Below are positions 28,352 to 38,285 of a stretch of 64,000 nt of DNA, piece by piece (position 1 is the stretch's first letter; the number at the start of each line of letters is the position of its first letter). The stretch covers positions 1-64,000 of the IMG/VR virus record IMGVR_UViG_3300009078_000075. One strand, given 5' to 3'. Source of the stretch: a virus. The notes beneath the pieces were generated by a model that saw only the letters and a program-made list of their open reading frames with translations, had not been told where the DNA came from and did no database searches. The position numbers were made by a program, and so were the translations under genes.

Positions 28352-30322
28352 ATGAAAATTGATGAAATTGTTCAATCGAATGAATATACAATTTCAGCAT
28401 TATTAGCTCTTTACGGGTATCAAACACAAGATGAACAAACTTCAGAATACACAACATCATTAAATGGAGCAGGATTTAATAAAATTGATGCCCCTATTCT
28501 TTCCTCTATTTCACAATTTTTTCTTAAAAATGGATTTTTAACCGAAAAACAATTATCCCTTGTAAAAAGATCAATTAAAAAATATCATACACAAATTGAA
28601 GCATTTGAATTAACTCCTGTAAAAACAAAAGAACCAAAAACAAAAGAACCAAAAACACAAGAAAATGGGGGGACCCCTTTTGAGGGAATTAAAAAGGCAA
28701 GACTCGAAAAAGATTTTATTTATCTTAAATTTCATTTTGCAAAGGGAGATAAAAAATTCTTTGAAATTCTTACAAAAGTAAAAACATTAGCATGGAGACA
28801 ATGGGACCCCGATACAAAAGAATGGAAAGTAAGGCGTTCCCTTGAAACATTAAAAAAATTACATGAGTGGGAATTTAAATTTGATGTTGAATTACAGAAA
28901 TGGTATGAATCAGTTTTTAGCAATAACATTAATAAGGATCTTGACGTTCCCATTGATATGTCTCTTTACCCATTTCAAAAAGAAGGGGTAGCATTTATTG
29001 ATCTTAAAAATGGAAGGGCATTAATCGGGGATGAAATGGGACTTGGGAAAACCTGTCAAGCAATCGGATGGACATCCCTTCATCCTGATAAAAAACCCGT
29101 ACTTATCATATGTCCTTCCAATGTCAAATTAAATTGGAAAAGGGAAATCAAAAAGTGTCTTCCCCGGGCAAGGGTTGAATTGGTAGAAGGACGGGATTAT
29201 AAGGGAGCAATGGACGGTGATTATGTTATTTGTAATTATGATATAGTGTCAAAAAATAAGGAAAAACTCATATCCACAAATTTTAAAGTATTGATACTTG
29301 ATGAATGTCATTATATAAAAAACTATAAAGCAAAACGAACTGCAGTAATTACTGAAATCGGAAAGGCAATTGAACATGTTATTTGTTTATCAGGGACTCC
29401 GATTGTTAATCGTCCCATTGAATTTTTTACAGCATTAAATTTACTACGTCCTGATTTATTCCCCTCATATTGGGAATATGTTAATAAATATTGTCCGGCA
29501 GATGGATGGACAAAGTGGCAAACAACAAAAGGTTCTGCAAATGAAATTGAACTTCATAATAATTTAATTCAAACCATGATGTTAAGACGATTAAAAAAAG
29601 ATGTTTTAACACAGCTTCCGTTAAAGCAACGGCAAGTTATCCCTATGGAATGTGATTTGACAGAATACAATAAAGCGGAAGACGATTTAATTTCATGGAT
29701 GAAAGAAAATGGATATGGTAAAGACAAAATTTTTTGTGCTATGAATGCTGAAATTATTACAAGGATTGAGTATTTAAAACAAATTGCAGTAAAGGCAAAA
29801 TATGAATCAATTGTTGATTGGATTAATAATTATTTAAGCTCAGGGAAAAAATTAGTTATTTTTTGTACTCATCATGCAACGATTGATTTTTTAATGGAAA
29901 CATTTAAAGGAATTGCAGTAAAATTAGATGGGCGTGATAATATGGGAAAAAAACAAATTGCCATTGATCGATTTCAAAGTGATCAAGAAATTAGACTTTT
30001 TATAGGAAATATAAAAGCGGCAGGAGTGGGAATTGATGGTTTACAAAATGTAGCAGAGGACACATGTTTTATTGAGTTAGGATGGACCCCTGGTGATCAT
30101 AATCAAGCAGAAGATCGAGTACATCGAATTGGACAAGAGGCAGATTCAGTGACAGCTTTTTATTTATTGACTGCTGGTACAATTGAAGAGGAAATTGCAG
30201 AATTAATTGATAAAAAAAGAAATGTATTAAATCAGATTTTAGACGGAAAAGTGCCCGATGAAACCGAATTGATAAGTATTTTATTAAATAACCTTTTAAA
30301 TAAGGAGACAAAAAATGGATAA
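28352..30322 (+). CDS. SNF2-family helicase (SMARCAL1/HARP-like)
   Basis: LYPFQKEG, GDEMGLGKT, DECH, LSGTP, LRRLKKDVL, QAEDRVHRIGQ. Confidence 0.92.
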   Translation: MKIDEIVQSNEYTISALLALYGYQTQDEQTSEYTTSLNGAGFNKIDAPILSSISQFFLKNGFLTEKQLSLVKRSIKKYHTQIEAFELTPVKTKEPKTKEPKTQENGGTPFEGIKKARLEKDFIYLKFHFAKGDKKFFEILTKVKTLAWRQWDPDTKEWKVRRSLETLKKLHEWEFKFDVELQKWYESVFSNNINKDLDVPIDMSLYPFQKEGVAFIDLKNGRALIGDEMGLGKTCQAIGWTSLHPDKKPVLIICPSNVKLNWKREIKKCLPRARVELVEGRDYKGAMDGDYVICNYDIVSKNKEKLISTNFKVLILDECHYIKNYKAKRTAVITEIGKAIEHVICLSGTPIVNRPIEFFTALNLLRPDLFPSYWEYVNKYCPADGWTKWQTTKGSANEIELHNNLIQTMMLRRLKKDVLTQLPLKQRQVIPMECDLTEYNKAEDDLISWMKENGYGKDKIFCAMNAEIITRIEYLKQIAVKAKYESIVDWINNYLSSGKKLVIFCTHHATIDFLMETFKGIAVKLDGRDNMGKKQIAIDRFQSDQEIRLFIGNIKAAGVGIDGLQNVAEDTCFIELGWTPGDHNQAEDRVHRIGQEADSVTAFYLLTAGTIEEEIAELIDKKRNVLNQILDGKVPDETELISILLNNLLNKETKNG

Positions 30323-30869
30323 GAAAATTGAATTTACAAAAGAAATGGAAAAGATTTGTTGTTACTGGGCTTGGAAATATACAACAAAAAGTCATATGTT
30401 ATTTGACGAATTAAAATCAGTTGCATTTTATACTTTTTGTGACGTTCGGAGAACATATTTAGAAAATCATTCACAGGCCCCATTTAAGGCGTATCTACAA
30501 AGGGCATTAGATATTACCTTAAAAAGGGCCGTTTCAAATGATTTACGTTTTACTAATGTCTCATATGATTCAGTATTTAATGTTAAGGTTCCCTGTAAAT
30601 ATTATCCGCAGGATATTTCAGAATGTGATTTTTTACAACTGGATCAAATGGACAATGTTGATGAAATTCTTAGTAGGGAACAATTAATAGAAAACCTTTC
30701 ATGTGAATCAAAGGAAATGATTTACATTATAATAAAGAATCACGGAGATATTTTTTTAGGACGAAAAGAAACAAAACAAAGGGTTTTAAATTATTTTCTT
30801 TCCCTTAATTGGAAAAGAGGAAAAATAACCAAATGTTTTAATGAAATTAAATCAATTTTGTCATTATAG
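30315..30869 (+). CDS. Divergent sigma-factor-like protein
   Basis: FDELKSVA...APFKAYL region 2-like; weak C-terminal similarity. Confidence 0.45.
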   Translation: MDKKIEFTKEMEKICCYWAWKYTTKSHMLFDELKSVAFYTFCDVRRTYLENHSQAPFKAYLQRALDITLKRAVSNDLRFTNVSYDSVFNVKVPCKYYPQDISECDFLQLDQMDNVDEILSREQLIENLSCESKEMIYIIIKNHGDIFLGRKETKQRVLNYFLSLNWKRGKITKCFNEIKSILSL

Positions 30870-30883
30870 AAAGGAAAAAGCCA

Positions 30884-31423
30884 ATGATACAAATCAAAAG
30901 TAAAAATGGAAAAATATTAAAAAAAGTAAATGTTGAAACATTACAGGGGGCCAATCTTGAGGGGGCCGATCTTCGGAGGGCCAATCTTGAGGGGGCCGAT
31001 CTTCAAAAAACTGATCTTCGATGGGCCAATCTTCGGGAGGCCAATCTTTACGGGGCCGATCTTGAAGGGGCCAATCTTTACAGGGCTAATCTTCAGGGGG
31101 CCAATCTTGAGGGGGCCGATCTTCGGAGGGCCAATCTTGAGGGGGCCAATCTTCAGAGGGCCAATCTTTACAGGGCTAATCTTTACGGGGCCGATCTTGA
31201 AGGGGCTAATCTTTACAGGGCTAATGTTGATTTTTCTTGTTGGCCATTATCATGTGGTTCATTTAATATAACTGTTGATGAAAAAATTTTATATCAACTT
31301 TTATTTCATATTTATAATTTAAAATGTGATAGTCCTATTTTTAAATTAATTAAAATTGCAATTAAACCTTTTGTTGAAAAATCACATTTAATTACTAAAC
31401 ATAATTGTAAAATTATAGATTAA
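30884..31423 (+). CDS. Pentapeptide repeat protein
   Basis: About 19 A(N/D)Lxx repeats. Confidence 0.92.
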   Translation: MIQIKSKNGKILKKVNVETLQGANLEGADLRRANLEGADLQKTDLRWANLREANLYGADLEGANLYRANLQGANLEGADLRRANLEGANLQRANLYRANLYGADLEGANLYRANVDFSCWPLSCGSFNITVDEKILYQLLFHIYNLKCDSPIFKLIKIAIKPFVEKSHLITKHNCKIID

Positions 31424-31446
31424 AAAAATTATAGAAAGGAAATAAC

Positions 31447-32115
31447 ATGTATCTCATCCATTTTATTGGAAAACAATATTATAGTATTGCACAATTTATA
31501 AAAGAAGCAAAACAATATAGGATTTCAAGAAAAATTGCTCCCAATATGTTAAAAAAATTATCCTTTGGTGATATTATATTACTCGCTCAAGGGGATTCCA
31601 AAGGGTCCTTAATTTTTGGATTTTTCATATTTACTTCAATTTTTGGATTAAAACATGAATTATTTGAAAAACTTGAACAAGAAAAAATTATATCATTACA
31701 ATCAAATAATCCTATTCCGGTAAATCGTGGATGCGGCAGTTATGTTATTACAGCAAGTTATGGGATAACAAATCAACAAAGGTTTTTTGAATTTATAAAA
31801 GAACAAAATGATGAAGATTTAAAAGGCGTTTTAATTGGAGGAACTTTTTATGAATTATCTGATCTTCTCCCTGAAAAAGAAATTCATACAAATATTCCTT
31901 TTCAACAAGGATTTCGATTTTTTGATTTTGAATCATTTAAAAAAGAATATTTAAAACAAAAAGAAAATAAAAAAAGAATTAGGATTATAGGAATGTTTTA
32001 TACAAAAGAAATACATGGTAATATTTTTACAGATTCAGATCCAAAATTTTTTGAAATAAAGGACTATCAAAAAAATACTGAATCAAGAAAACGGGGACAT
32101 AAAAAGAGGGGGTAG
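31447..32115 (+). CDS. Hypothetical protein
   Basis: 222-aa ORF with AAGGA RBS. Confidence 0.65.
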   Translation: MYLIHFIGKQYYSIAQFIKEAKQYRISRKIAPNMLKKLSFGDIILLAQGDSKGSLIFGFFIFTSIFGLKHELFEKLEQEKIISLQSNNPIPVNRGCGSYVITASYGITNQQRFFEFIKEQNDEDLKGVLIGGTFYELSDLLPEKEIHTNIPFQQGFRFFDFESFKKEYLKQKENKKRIRIIGMFYTKEIHGNIFTDSDPKFFEIKDYQKNTESRKRGHKKRG

Positions 32116-32208
32116 TTTTTATTCATTTTTCATTACACTTTATTATGTTTTCAAAGTAAAAGGGAAATATGATACAAGGATACGTTTTTTAACCTTAAAA
32201 ATAAATTT

Positions 32209-33138
32209 ATGGGGATTGCCTTGGTTTTTGACGTAAAGAGATTTATACAGGATTACGATATAAATAACTACCCAGAGGGGAAGAATGTAGGGAAGGGATG
32301 GATTGGAATTGAATGTCCTTTTTGTAAGGATGGAACAGTTCATGGGGGATTTAATATCAAAGAGGGTTATTTCAGTTGTTGGAAATGTGGGGGACATAAT
32401 TTATATGAATCAATAAAAGCTCTTACCGAATTAAATCATTCAGATATAATAGATATCCTTAAAAATTATAAAATAGGGGATAATGATACTGATATAAAAA
32501 TTGAACCATCAAATGAAGTAAAAAATGAATTTGTTATTATTCCCGGAAATCCTTTGTATGGCCCCTATATTCAGTATCTTATAAATAGAAATTTTGATCC
32601 CGTAAAATTAGAAAAACAATATGCATTAAAAGCGACCGGGCCAATTGGAGATTATAAATTTCGTATTGTGGCCCCTATTGTATTTAGAGGAAAAGAGGTA
32701 TCATATCAAGCTCGAAGCATTATAAATCATGAAAATGTTGCTAAATACCTTCCCTGTCCAAAAGAAAAAGAAGTGATTCATTATAAAAAAATCCTGTACA
32801 ATCTTGATAATTGTAATGGGGACAACATTATTGTAGTAGAAGGGATTACCAGTGTATGGCGGCTTGGTAATCATTCTGCTGCCACTTTTGGCATTCAATA
32901 CACAACCAAGCAAGCTTATTTATTAAGTAAATTTAAAAAAATTTTTTTGGTATTTGACAATGATCCGGAAAGAATTTCGCAGTCTACAATTCAAGCAAAA
33001 AAATTAATTTCCTGTGTACATCAATTTACTGATCATTCTGAAATTTTTTTGATCAATTTTACTGGGAAAAAGGACCCGGGTGAATTTACTGATCAAGAAG
33101 CAGCAGAATTTAAGAACGATCTTTTTAAAAATTCCTAA
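32209..33138 (+). CDS. DNA primase (zinc finger + TOPRIM)
   Basis: CPFC...CWKCG zinc finger, VVEG, FDND, KDPGE. Confidence 0.85.
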   Translation: MGIALVFDVKRFIQDYDINNYPEGKNVGKGWIGIECPFCKDGTVHGGFNIKEGYFSCWKCGGHNLYESIKALTELNHSDIIDILKNYKIGDNDTDIKIEPSNEVKNEFVIIPGNPLYGPYIQYLINRNFDPVKLEKQYALKATGPIGDYKFRIVAPIVFRGKEVSYQARSIINHENVAKYLPCPKEKEVIHYKKILYNLDNCNGDNIIVVEGITSVWRLGNHSAATFGIQYTTKQAYLLSKFKKIFLVFDNDPERISQSTIQAKKLISCVHQFTDHSEIFLINFTGKKDPGEFTDQEAAEFKNDLFKNS

Positions 33139-33840
33139 TTATAATAAAATATAAAAAATCTTTATCTTTTTATATCTTGCTAAACAATAAGCTAACAATA
33201 AGCTAACAATAAGCCAGCAAATTGTTTTTTCCCTTGTTTTTTAAATTTTAGCATTTTTTTAATCAATTTGACAGGAAAAGACGATTATGAATCAAAATAC
33301 AAAAATAAGCAAATTTTAATGATTTTTATATTTTTCATATAGTTAAGGATAAAATTATAATAAATAAAATAAAATTTATTATACTTTATAAATAATAGGG
33401 CAAAAGTTATAAGTACATAGGATTTCAATAGTTTACAAAAAATTTTAATATATTAGAAATCAATAATATAGATATATTATAAAAATTTCAATGGATTTAT
33501 TTTTTACTAAAGTTGAATAAAAATGAATAAAATTTTACCCGTTTTGGATTTTTTCAATCGATTTTTTAACAAAATTAAAATGTTTAACTATTACAATAAG
33601 TTAACCTTGAATAAAGACAAGCAAAGTAAACATATCGGGATCACACAAAAACAATATGCTTCCGTATCCCCGTAGGGGATACGGAGCTTATTGTTTGTGT
33701 ATCCCATACTCGGAATGTATTTTTACAGAATATAAAAAAATGAGATTTTTTATATTCCATTGAATTGAAGAATATTTCTTTTGTAAAATATAAAAAAATA
33801 AAGATTTTTATAAAATATTAAAAATAAAAAAATTTAACTG
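33139..33840. other. Putative replication origin
   Basis: Very AT-rich non-coding gap between primase and helicase, with three tandem AACAATAAGCT and a 69-bp palindrome. Confidence 0.55.
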
Positions 33841-33861
33841 AAAATACATAATAATATCATG

Positions 33862-33922
33862 AGGGCAAAGGGGAACCATAAAAGGGAAGAAACCCAATCC
33901 GTTCAAGCCTCACCTTTGCCCT
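33862..33922 (+). ncRNA. Stem-enclosed dual-spacer unit 1 (TIGR-like)
   Basis: AGGGCAAAG-ggg-AACCA-taaaaggga-AGAAACCCA-atccgttca-AGCC-tcac-CTTTGCCCT; TACATAATA at 33845. Confidence 0.7.
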
Positions 33923-33955
33923 TATAAATTTTGATGGACGTTACATAATAATAAC

Positions 33956-34016
33956 AGGGCAAAGGGGAACCAAAAAGAAAAAGAAACCCATATGAATAAA
34001 GCCTCCTCTTTGCCCT
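33956..34016 (+). ncRNA. Stem-enclosed dual-spacer unit 2 (TIGR-like)
   Basis: AGGGCAAAG-ggg-AACCA-aaaagaaaa-AGAAACCCA-tatgaataa-AGCC-tcct-CTTTGCCCT; TACATAATA at 33942. Confidence 0.7.
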
Positions 34017-34155
34017 ATATTTTTAAAAAAGGAATATATGAAAGAAAAAAAAGAAAGTATTAAAAAAGTAAATGAAAGAAAAACACTCTTTGAAAAATCT
34101 GAAAAAATGAAAAAATGCATCCAGTCTATAAATGAAATTTTAAGAAAGGGTACAA

Positions 34156-35715
34156 ATGCCAAGTAACCCGATCACATGGACAAAACAAAGAATTAATGTA
34201 AACATAGAAAAACTTATTCTCACGGGTATCATCGTATCCGACGAATTTACAAAAGAAATATTCAAAATAATAAATCGTGATAACTTAAAGATATTCAATT
34301 TGCCTTATTTTAAGCTAATTGTGCCCTGGTGCATGGAGTATTATAATAAGTTCCATAAATGTCCCGGGAGAACAATACAAGATTTATTTATTGAAAATTT
34401 TCGATCCCTAAGTGATGAAGATTCCGTTTTTATAAAAGAATTTTTGTCAAACCTTTCCGATCAATACGATTCCGAAGCAAATTCTTTTGATGTTAATTAT
34501 GTACTTGAAAAAGCAAAAAAATATATAAAACTTCAGTCTTATTCATTTTATGGAGAAAAAATATATAAGACTTCATTATCAGGGAATGTAGATGAATGTG
34601 ATTTGATACGTGAAGATTTTAATAAAATGACAATAACAGGTTCCGGAAGTGGAGATATATTAGATAAGTTTGCTAAATCGATTGGTGATTTTCTTCAGAT
34701 GGATATTGAAACAAATCGGTTTTTTCTTAAACCTTTTTTATATCGGGGTGCCCTCATATTAGTACATGGAAAAAGAGGTGCTGGAAAATCATTTTTTAGT
34801 CAATCGATTGCTTTAAGTATTTCAACCGAATTGAAAAATAACAAGGATATTGATTTTGGATCATGGGAAGTATGGAATAAGGCAAAAGTGTTATATGTTA
34901 ATGGGGATGATCCACCGGGGGAAATTTTGTATAGGTTAAAAAAACTTACTCATCGATTTGATTTGACACATGAAAAGAATGCTCTTTTTGAAATTTTGTC
35001 GGTTTTACAATTAAACCAAGAAACACAGACCACTTTTAATTTATATCATAGACCGGATCGTGAAATACTTACTGATTATGTTAGAAAAAATCATGTTGAT
35101 GTTTTGATTCTTGACAACTTGAGTACATTATCTTATGGGGCAGATGATAAAGAGGCAACAAGTTGGGCCCCGGTAAATTTGTGGTTAGTGCAGTTACGGC
35201 AATTTGGTATTTCCGTTATCGTAATTGATCATGAGGGAAAGGACTCGAGTAAGGGGGCACGGGGAACATCGGCAAAATCTGATAGCATGGATGCTGTAAT
35301 AAGTGTTTCAGCAATGAATAATGAAGATGATGAGAATCAAAGCGATTGTTTTTGTGAGATTCGTTTTCAAAAAAGACCAAGAACACAAATTGAAAAAGTT
35401 GATTTAAGTCCTTTTCTTTTTAATATGAAACGGATTGATGAAGAGGAAAATTTAGTGTGGGAAGTACAAAAAAATAAAAGAATCCCAATTGAAAAAAAGG
35501 ATTCTGTATCAAATATAACCATAAAAACCATGGTTCTTGAAGGGTATAATAATAAAGATATTATAAAGGAATGTAATTTAAAAGGGGACTGGGCAATTCA
35601 GAATGTAAAAAAAGATTTAAAAAACAGAGGATACATTGAAGATAATCGATATGGTAAAATTACTGAATCAGGGAAAGAATACCTTGAAAAATTAAAGAAA
35701 TCAGGGATGGAATGA
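34156..35715 (+). CDS. Replicative helicase (SF4/RepA-like AAA_25)
   Basis: Walker A GKRGAGKS, LILDNLSTL, IDHEGK, ARGTSAK. Confidence 0.8.
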   Translation: MPSNPITWTKQRINVNIEKLILTGIIVSDEFTKEIFKIINRDNLKIFNLPYFKLIVPWCMEYYNKFHKCPGRTIQDLFIENFRSLSDEDSVFIKEFLSNLSDQYDSEANSFDVNYVLEKAKKYIKLQSYSFYGEKIYKTSLSGNVDECDLIREDFNKMTITGSGSGDILDKFAKSIGDFLQMDIETNRFFLKPFLYRGALILVHGKRGAGKSFFSQSIALSISTELKNNKDIDFGSWEVWNKAKVLYVNGDDPPGEILYRLKKLTHRFDLTHEKNALFEILSVLQLNQETQTTFNLYHRPDREILTDYVRKNHVDVLILDNLSTLSYGADDKEATSWAPVNLWLVQLRQFGISVIVIDHEGKDSSKGARGTSAKSDSMDAVISVSAMNNEDDENQSDCFCEIRFQKRPRTQIEKVDLSPFLFNMKRIDEEENLVWEVQKNKRIPIEKKDSVSNITIKTMVLEGYNNKDIIKECNLKGDWAIQNVKKDLKNRGYIEDNRYGKITESGKEYLEKLKKSGME

Positions 35716-35985
35716 AAATTTATACTGTTATAAGTGGGAAAAATGATTTGGATGCTCTTGTTCCCTTTGATGAGACACAGGATCAAGAGGTTTATATTTT
35801 AGTGAGTTTTCTTAATTTTACTGGAGGAAAAAAAATGGTAAAAGAATTGCATGATCATTATAATAAATTGTTGAAACAAATTACAGAGGAAAAATAAAAT
35901 GTGCCCTTATTGTAGTGTTTTTTTATTGTTCGGATTTATTTTAGGATTACTTGTTTATCATCTTTTTTTTTAAGGAGAAATAAAT

Positions 35986-36924
35986 ATGATTTGTAAAGAA
36001 TGTGGAATTAATTTTTCTATAATAACCCATACTCATTTAAAAAAACATAATCTTACAATAAATGAATATAAAAATAAATATAATATAGTTTCTTTGGTTG
36101 ATCCATGTTTTGGACAAAAAATGAGTATGAAGTTAAAGGGGAAAATTAATATAGGAGAAAAAAATGCAAGTAAACGAAAAGAAGTAAGATCAAAAATTTC
36201 TGAATCTGTTAAAAATAGATGGGAAGAAGGAAAGTATAAAAATCGTATAAATGGGATGTTAGGAAAACTCGGAGAATTGTCTCCTAATTTTAAGATTGAA
36301 AAAAGAACTCCTTTGTTTTTGGCAGAACACAATTATGTAAAATTTTTGTCTCAATTTCAAGATACACATGTTTGTAGTTTGTGTAAAAGTTCCGATAAAA
36401 AAATTAATATACATCATATTGATGAAGATCATTCTAATTTTCTTCCTTCTAATTTAGAACCTTTATGTGTTCCGTGTCATTCTCAATATCATTATAAATT
36501 TGCAAAGGGACCTTTTATGAGAATTGGTAAATTTTTTTCTTTTGCTGGTGCTCATTTTTTACCTGATTATGATGGTATTTGTAATCATCTTCATGGGCAT
36601 GAATGGAAATTAGAAGTGTTTGTAAAAAAAAGAGTTAATTATAAGACTGGAATGGTTTTAGATTTTACTATTTTAAAAAAAATAGTAGATAATTTTATTA
36701 TTTCAAAATTAGATCATTGTTTTTTAAATGATATTATATCTAATCCAACTGCGGAAAATATATTAATTTGGATATGGGAAAAATTAATGTTTGATGGTTT
36801 ATTAAAAGGAATAGATGAAATAAATTTATGGGAAACAGAAAAAAGTAAAATTTCTCTCAGTAGTAAAGAAATGCTATCTATTTTTTCAAATAATATTGAA
36901 GAATATATTTTGGGGGAAATATGA
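35986..36924 (+). CDS. queD: QueD (6-carboxytetrahydropterin synthase) fused to N-terminal zinc finger/HNH domain
   Basis: C-terminal FAGAHFL..CNHLHGHEW, GMVLDF, LDH..LN, PTAENI, WET. N-terminal CKECG..THLKKH and HHIDEDHSN...NL..LC..CH. Confidence 0.85.
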   Translation: MICKECGINFSIITHTHLKKHNLTINEYKNKYNIVSLVDPCFGQKMSMKLKGKINIGEKNASKRKEVRSKISESVKNRWEEGKYKNRINGMLGKLGELSPNFKIEKRTPLFLAEHNYVKFLSQFQDTHVCSLCKSSDKKINIHHIDEDHSNFLPSNLEPLCVPCHSQYHYKFAKGPFMRIGKFFSFAGAHFLPDYDGICNHLHGHEWKLEVFVKKRVNYKTGMVLDFTILKKIVDNFIISKLDHCFLNDIISNPTAENILIWIWEKLMFDGLLKGIDEINLWETEKSKISLSSKEMLSIFSNNIEEYILGEI

Positions 36925-37592
36925 TGATAAAAGTAAATGAAATATTTTTATCAATTGATGGTGAAGTAAATGCCTTTGGTCAGGGGGGATTTTCTACATT
37001 TATTCGTTTTTCTGGTTGTAATTGTAAATGTAATTATTGTGATACTCAGTATCATAATACTGGTACTTATTATTCAATTGCACAAATTATGGATAAAGTA
37101 AGGGAAATCGGATGTAATAAAATAACAATCACAGGGGGGGAACCTTTGCTTCAATCAGAAAGTATACCCTTGATTGAAGCATTAGTATTTAGTCATCATA
37201 GTGTTTCCGTTGAAACAAATGGATCAATTGAAGTTCCTTTTATAATGGGATCATTTTATTTGTCATTTGTGGTGGATTATAAATTACCATCATCCGGAAT
37301 GATGGATCGAATGAAACCGATAAAAATGTTTCAAAAATTAGGACCCCTTGATTTTGTAAAATTTGTTATTCAAAATGATGAAGACTTTTTATGTGCTTGC
37401 CGTATTGCAAAAGAGGTGAGAAGTGTAAATTATGGGACATCAATTGCTTTTAGTCCTGTATTTTTAAAACAAGATGATGGTCGTTTTATTCAATCGTATC
37501 CCTTATATGATAAAATGATTGAAGCAAAACTATTTGAAATTCCAAAAATGTTTCTTAATTATCAAATTCATAAAATAATAGGATTAAAGTAA
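36921..37592 (+). CDS. queE: 7-carboxy-7-deazaguanine synthase (radical SAM)
   Basis: EIFLSIDGE, FIRFSGCNCKCNYCDT, ITGGEP, VETNG, QIHK. Confidence 0.9.
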   Translation: MMIKVNEIFLSIDGEVNAFGQGGFSTFIRFSGCNCKCNYCDTQYHNTGTYYSIAQIMDKVREIGCNKITITGGEPLLQSESIPLIEALVFSHHSVSVETNGSIEVPFIMGSFYLSFVVDYKLPSSGMMDRMKPIKMFQKLGPLDFVKFVIQNDEDFLCACRIAKEVRSVNYGTSIAFSPVFLKQDDGRFIQSYPLYDKMIEAKLFEIPKMFLNYQIHKIIGLK

Positions 37593-37604
37593 AGGAGAAA
37601 AATC

Positions 37605-38285
37605 ATGAAATTAGATAATGATAATTGTCTTGTTCTTTTATCTGGGGGACAAGATTCTACTACTTGTCTTTTTTGGGCATTAAATAATTTTAATGAAGTA
37701 AATGCTCTGTTTATTAATTATAAACAAAGGCATCGAATAGAAGAGGAATCAGCTTTTAAAATTGCAAATCTTGCTGGTGTTCCCATTGGATTGATATGTA
37801 CTGATATTATAGCAGATATTGGGGATTCTGCCCTTGTTATGACGGGAGATATTTTAAGTAAACATAGATCCGGGGATTTACCGGCTTCTTTTGTACCAGG
37901 AAGAAATATTTTATTTTTGACAATAGCTGCTATGTATGCTTATAAATTAGGAATACATAATATTGTGGCAGGGGTTTGTGAAACTGATTATTCAGGATAT
38001 CCCGATTGTAGACAAAAAACGATTGATTCTGTTCAAAATACCCTTAATTTGGGAATGGAATATGATTTTGTTATACATACCCCTTTGATGTATAAAACTA
38101 AATGTGAAACTGTTATAATGGCTTCTTTATTGTCCGGGTGTTGGGATGCCCTTGCATGGAGTCATACATGTTATGAGGGAAAAATTCCACCTTGTGGTAA
38201 ATGCCCTTCATGTGTGTTGAGGGCACGTGGATTTGAAGAAGCCGGATATGAAGATCCTTTAATAAAAAGACTGGGGATTAAGTAA
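37605..38285 (+). CDS. queC: 7-cyano-7-deazaguanine synthase
   Basis: LSGGQDSTT, FVPGRN, YPDCR, SHTCY, CGKCPSCVLR. Confidence 0.95.
   Translation: MKLDNDNCLVLLSGGQDSTTCLFWALNNFNEVNALFINYKQRHRIEEESAFKIANLAGVPIGLICTDIIADIGDSALVMTGDILSKHRSGDLPASFVPGRNILFLTIAAMYAYKLGIHNIVAGVCETDYSGYPDCRQKTIDSVQNTLNLGMEYDFVIHTPLMYKTKCETVIMASLLSGCWDALAWSHTCYEGKIPPCGKCPSCVLRARGFEEAGYEDPLIKRLGIK

Noticed and set aside
30930-31271. Alternative-frame ORF with GPIF/GPIL repeats
   Set aside because: Frame shadow of the pentapeptide repeat gene.
33862-34016. Reading the AGGGCAAAG...CTTTGCCCT units as rho-independent terminators or CRISPR repeats
   Set aside because: The ~43-nt loop has fixed internal blocks, there is no U-tract, and the units lie just downstream of promoter motifs. 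Variable parts are 9 nt, far shorter than CRISPR spacers, and no cas genes are present.
33941-34162. Minus-strand 73-aa ORF and other short antisense ORFs in the track (e.g. 11478, 15378, 24394, 51776)
   Set aside because: Antisense to well-supported genes or RNA elements, low-complexity, and without RBS.
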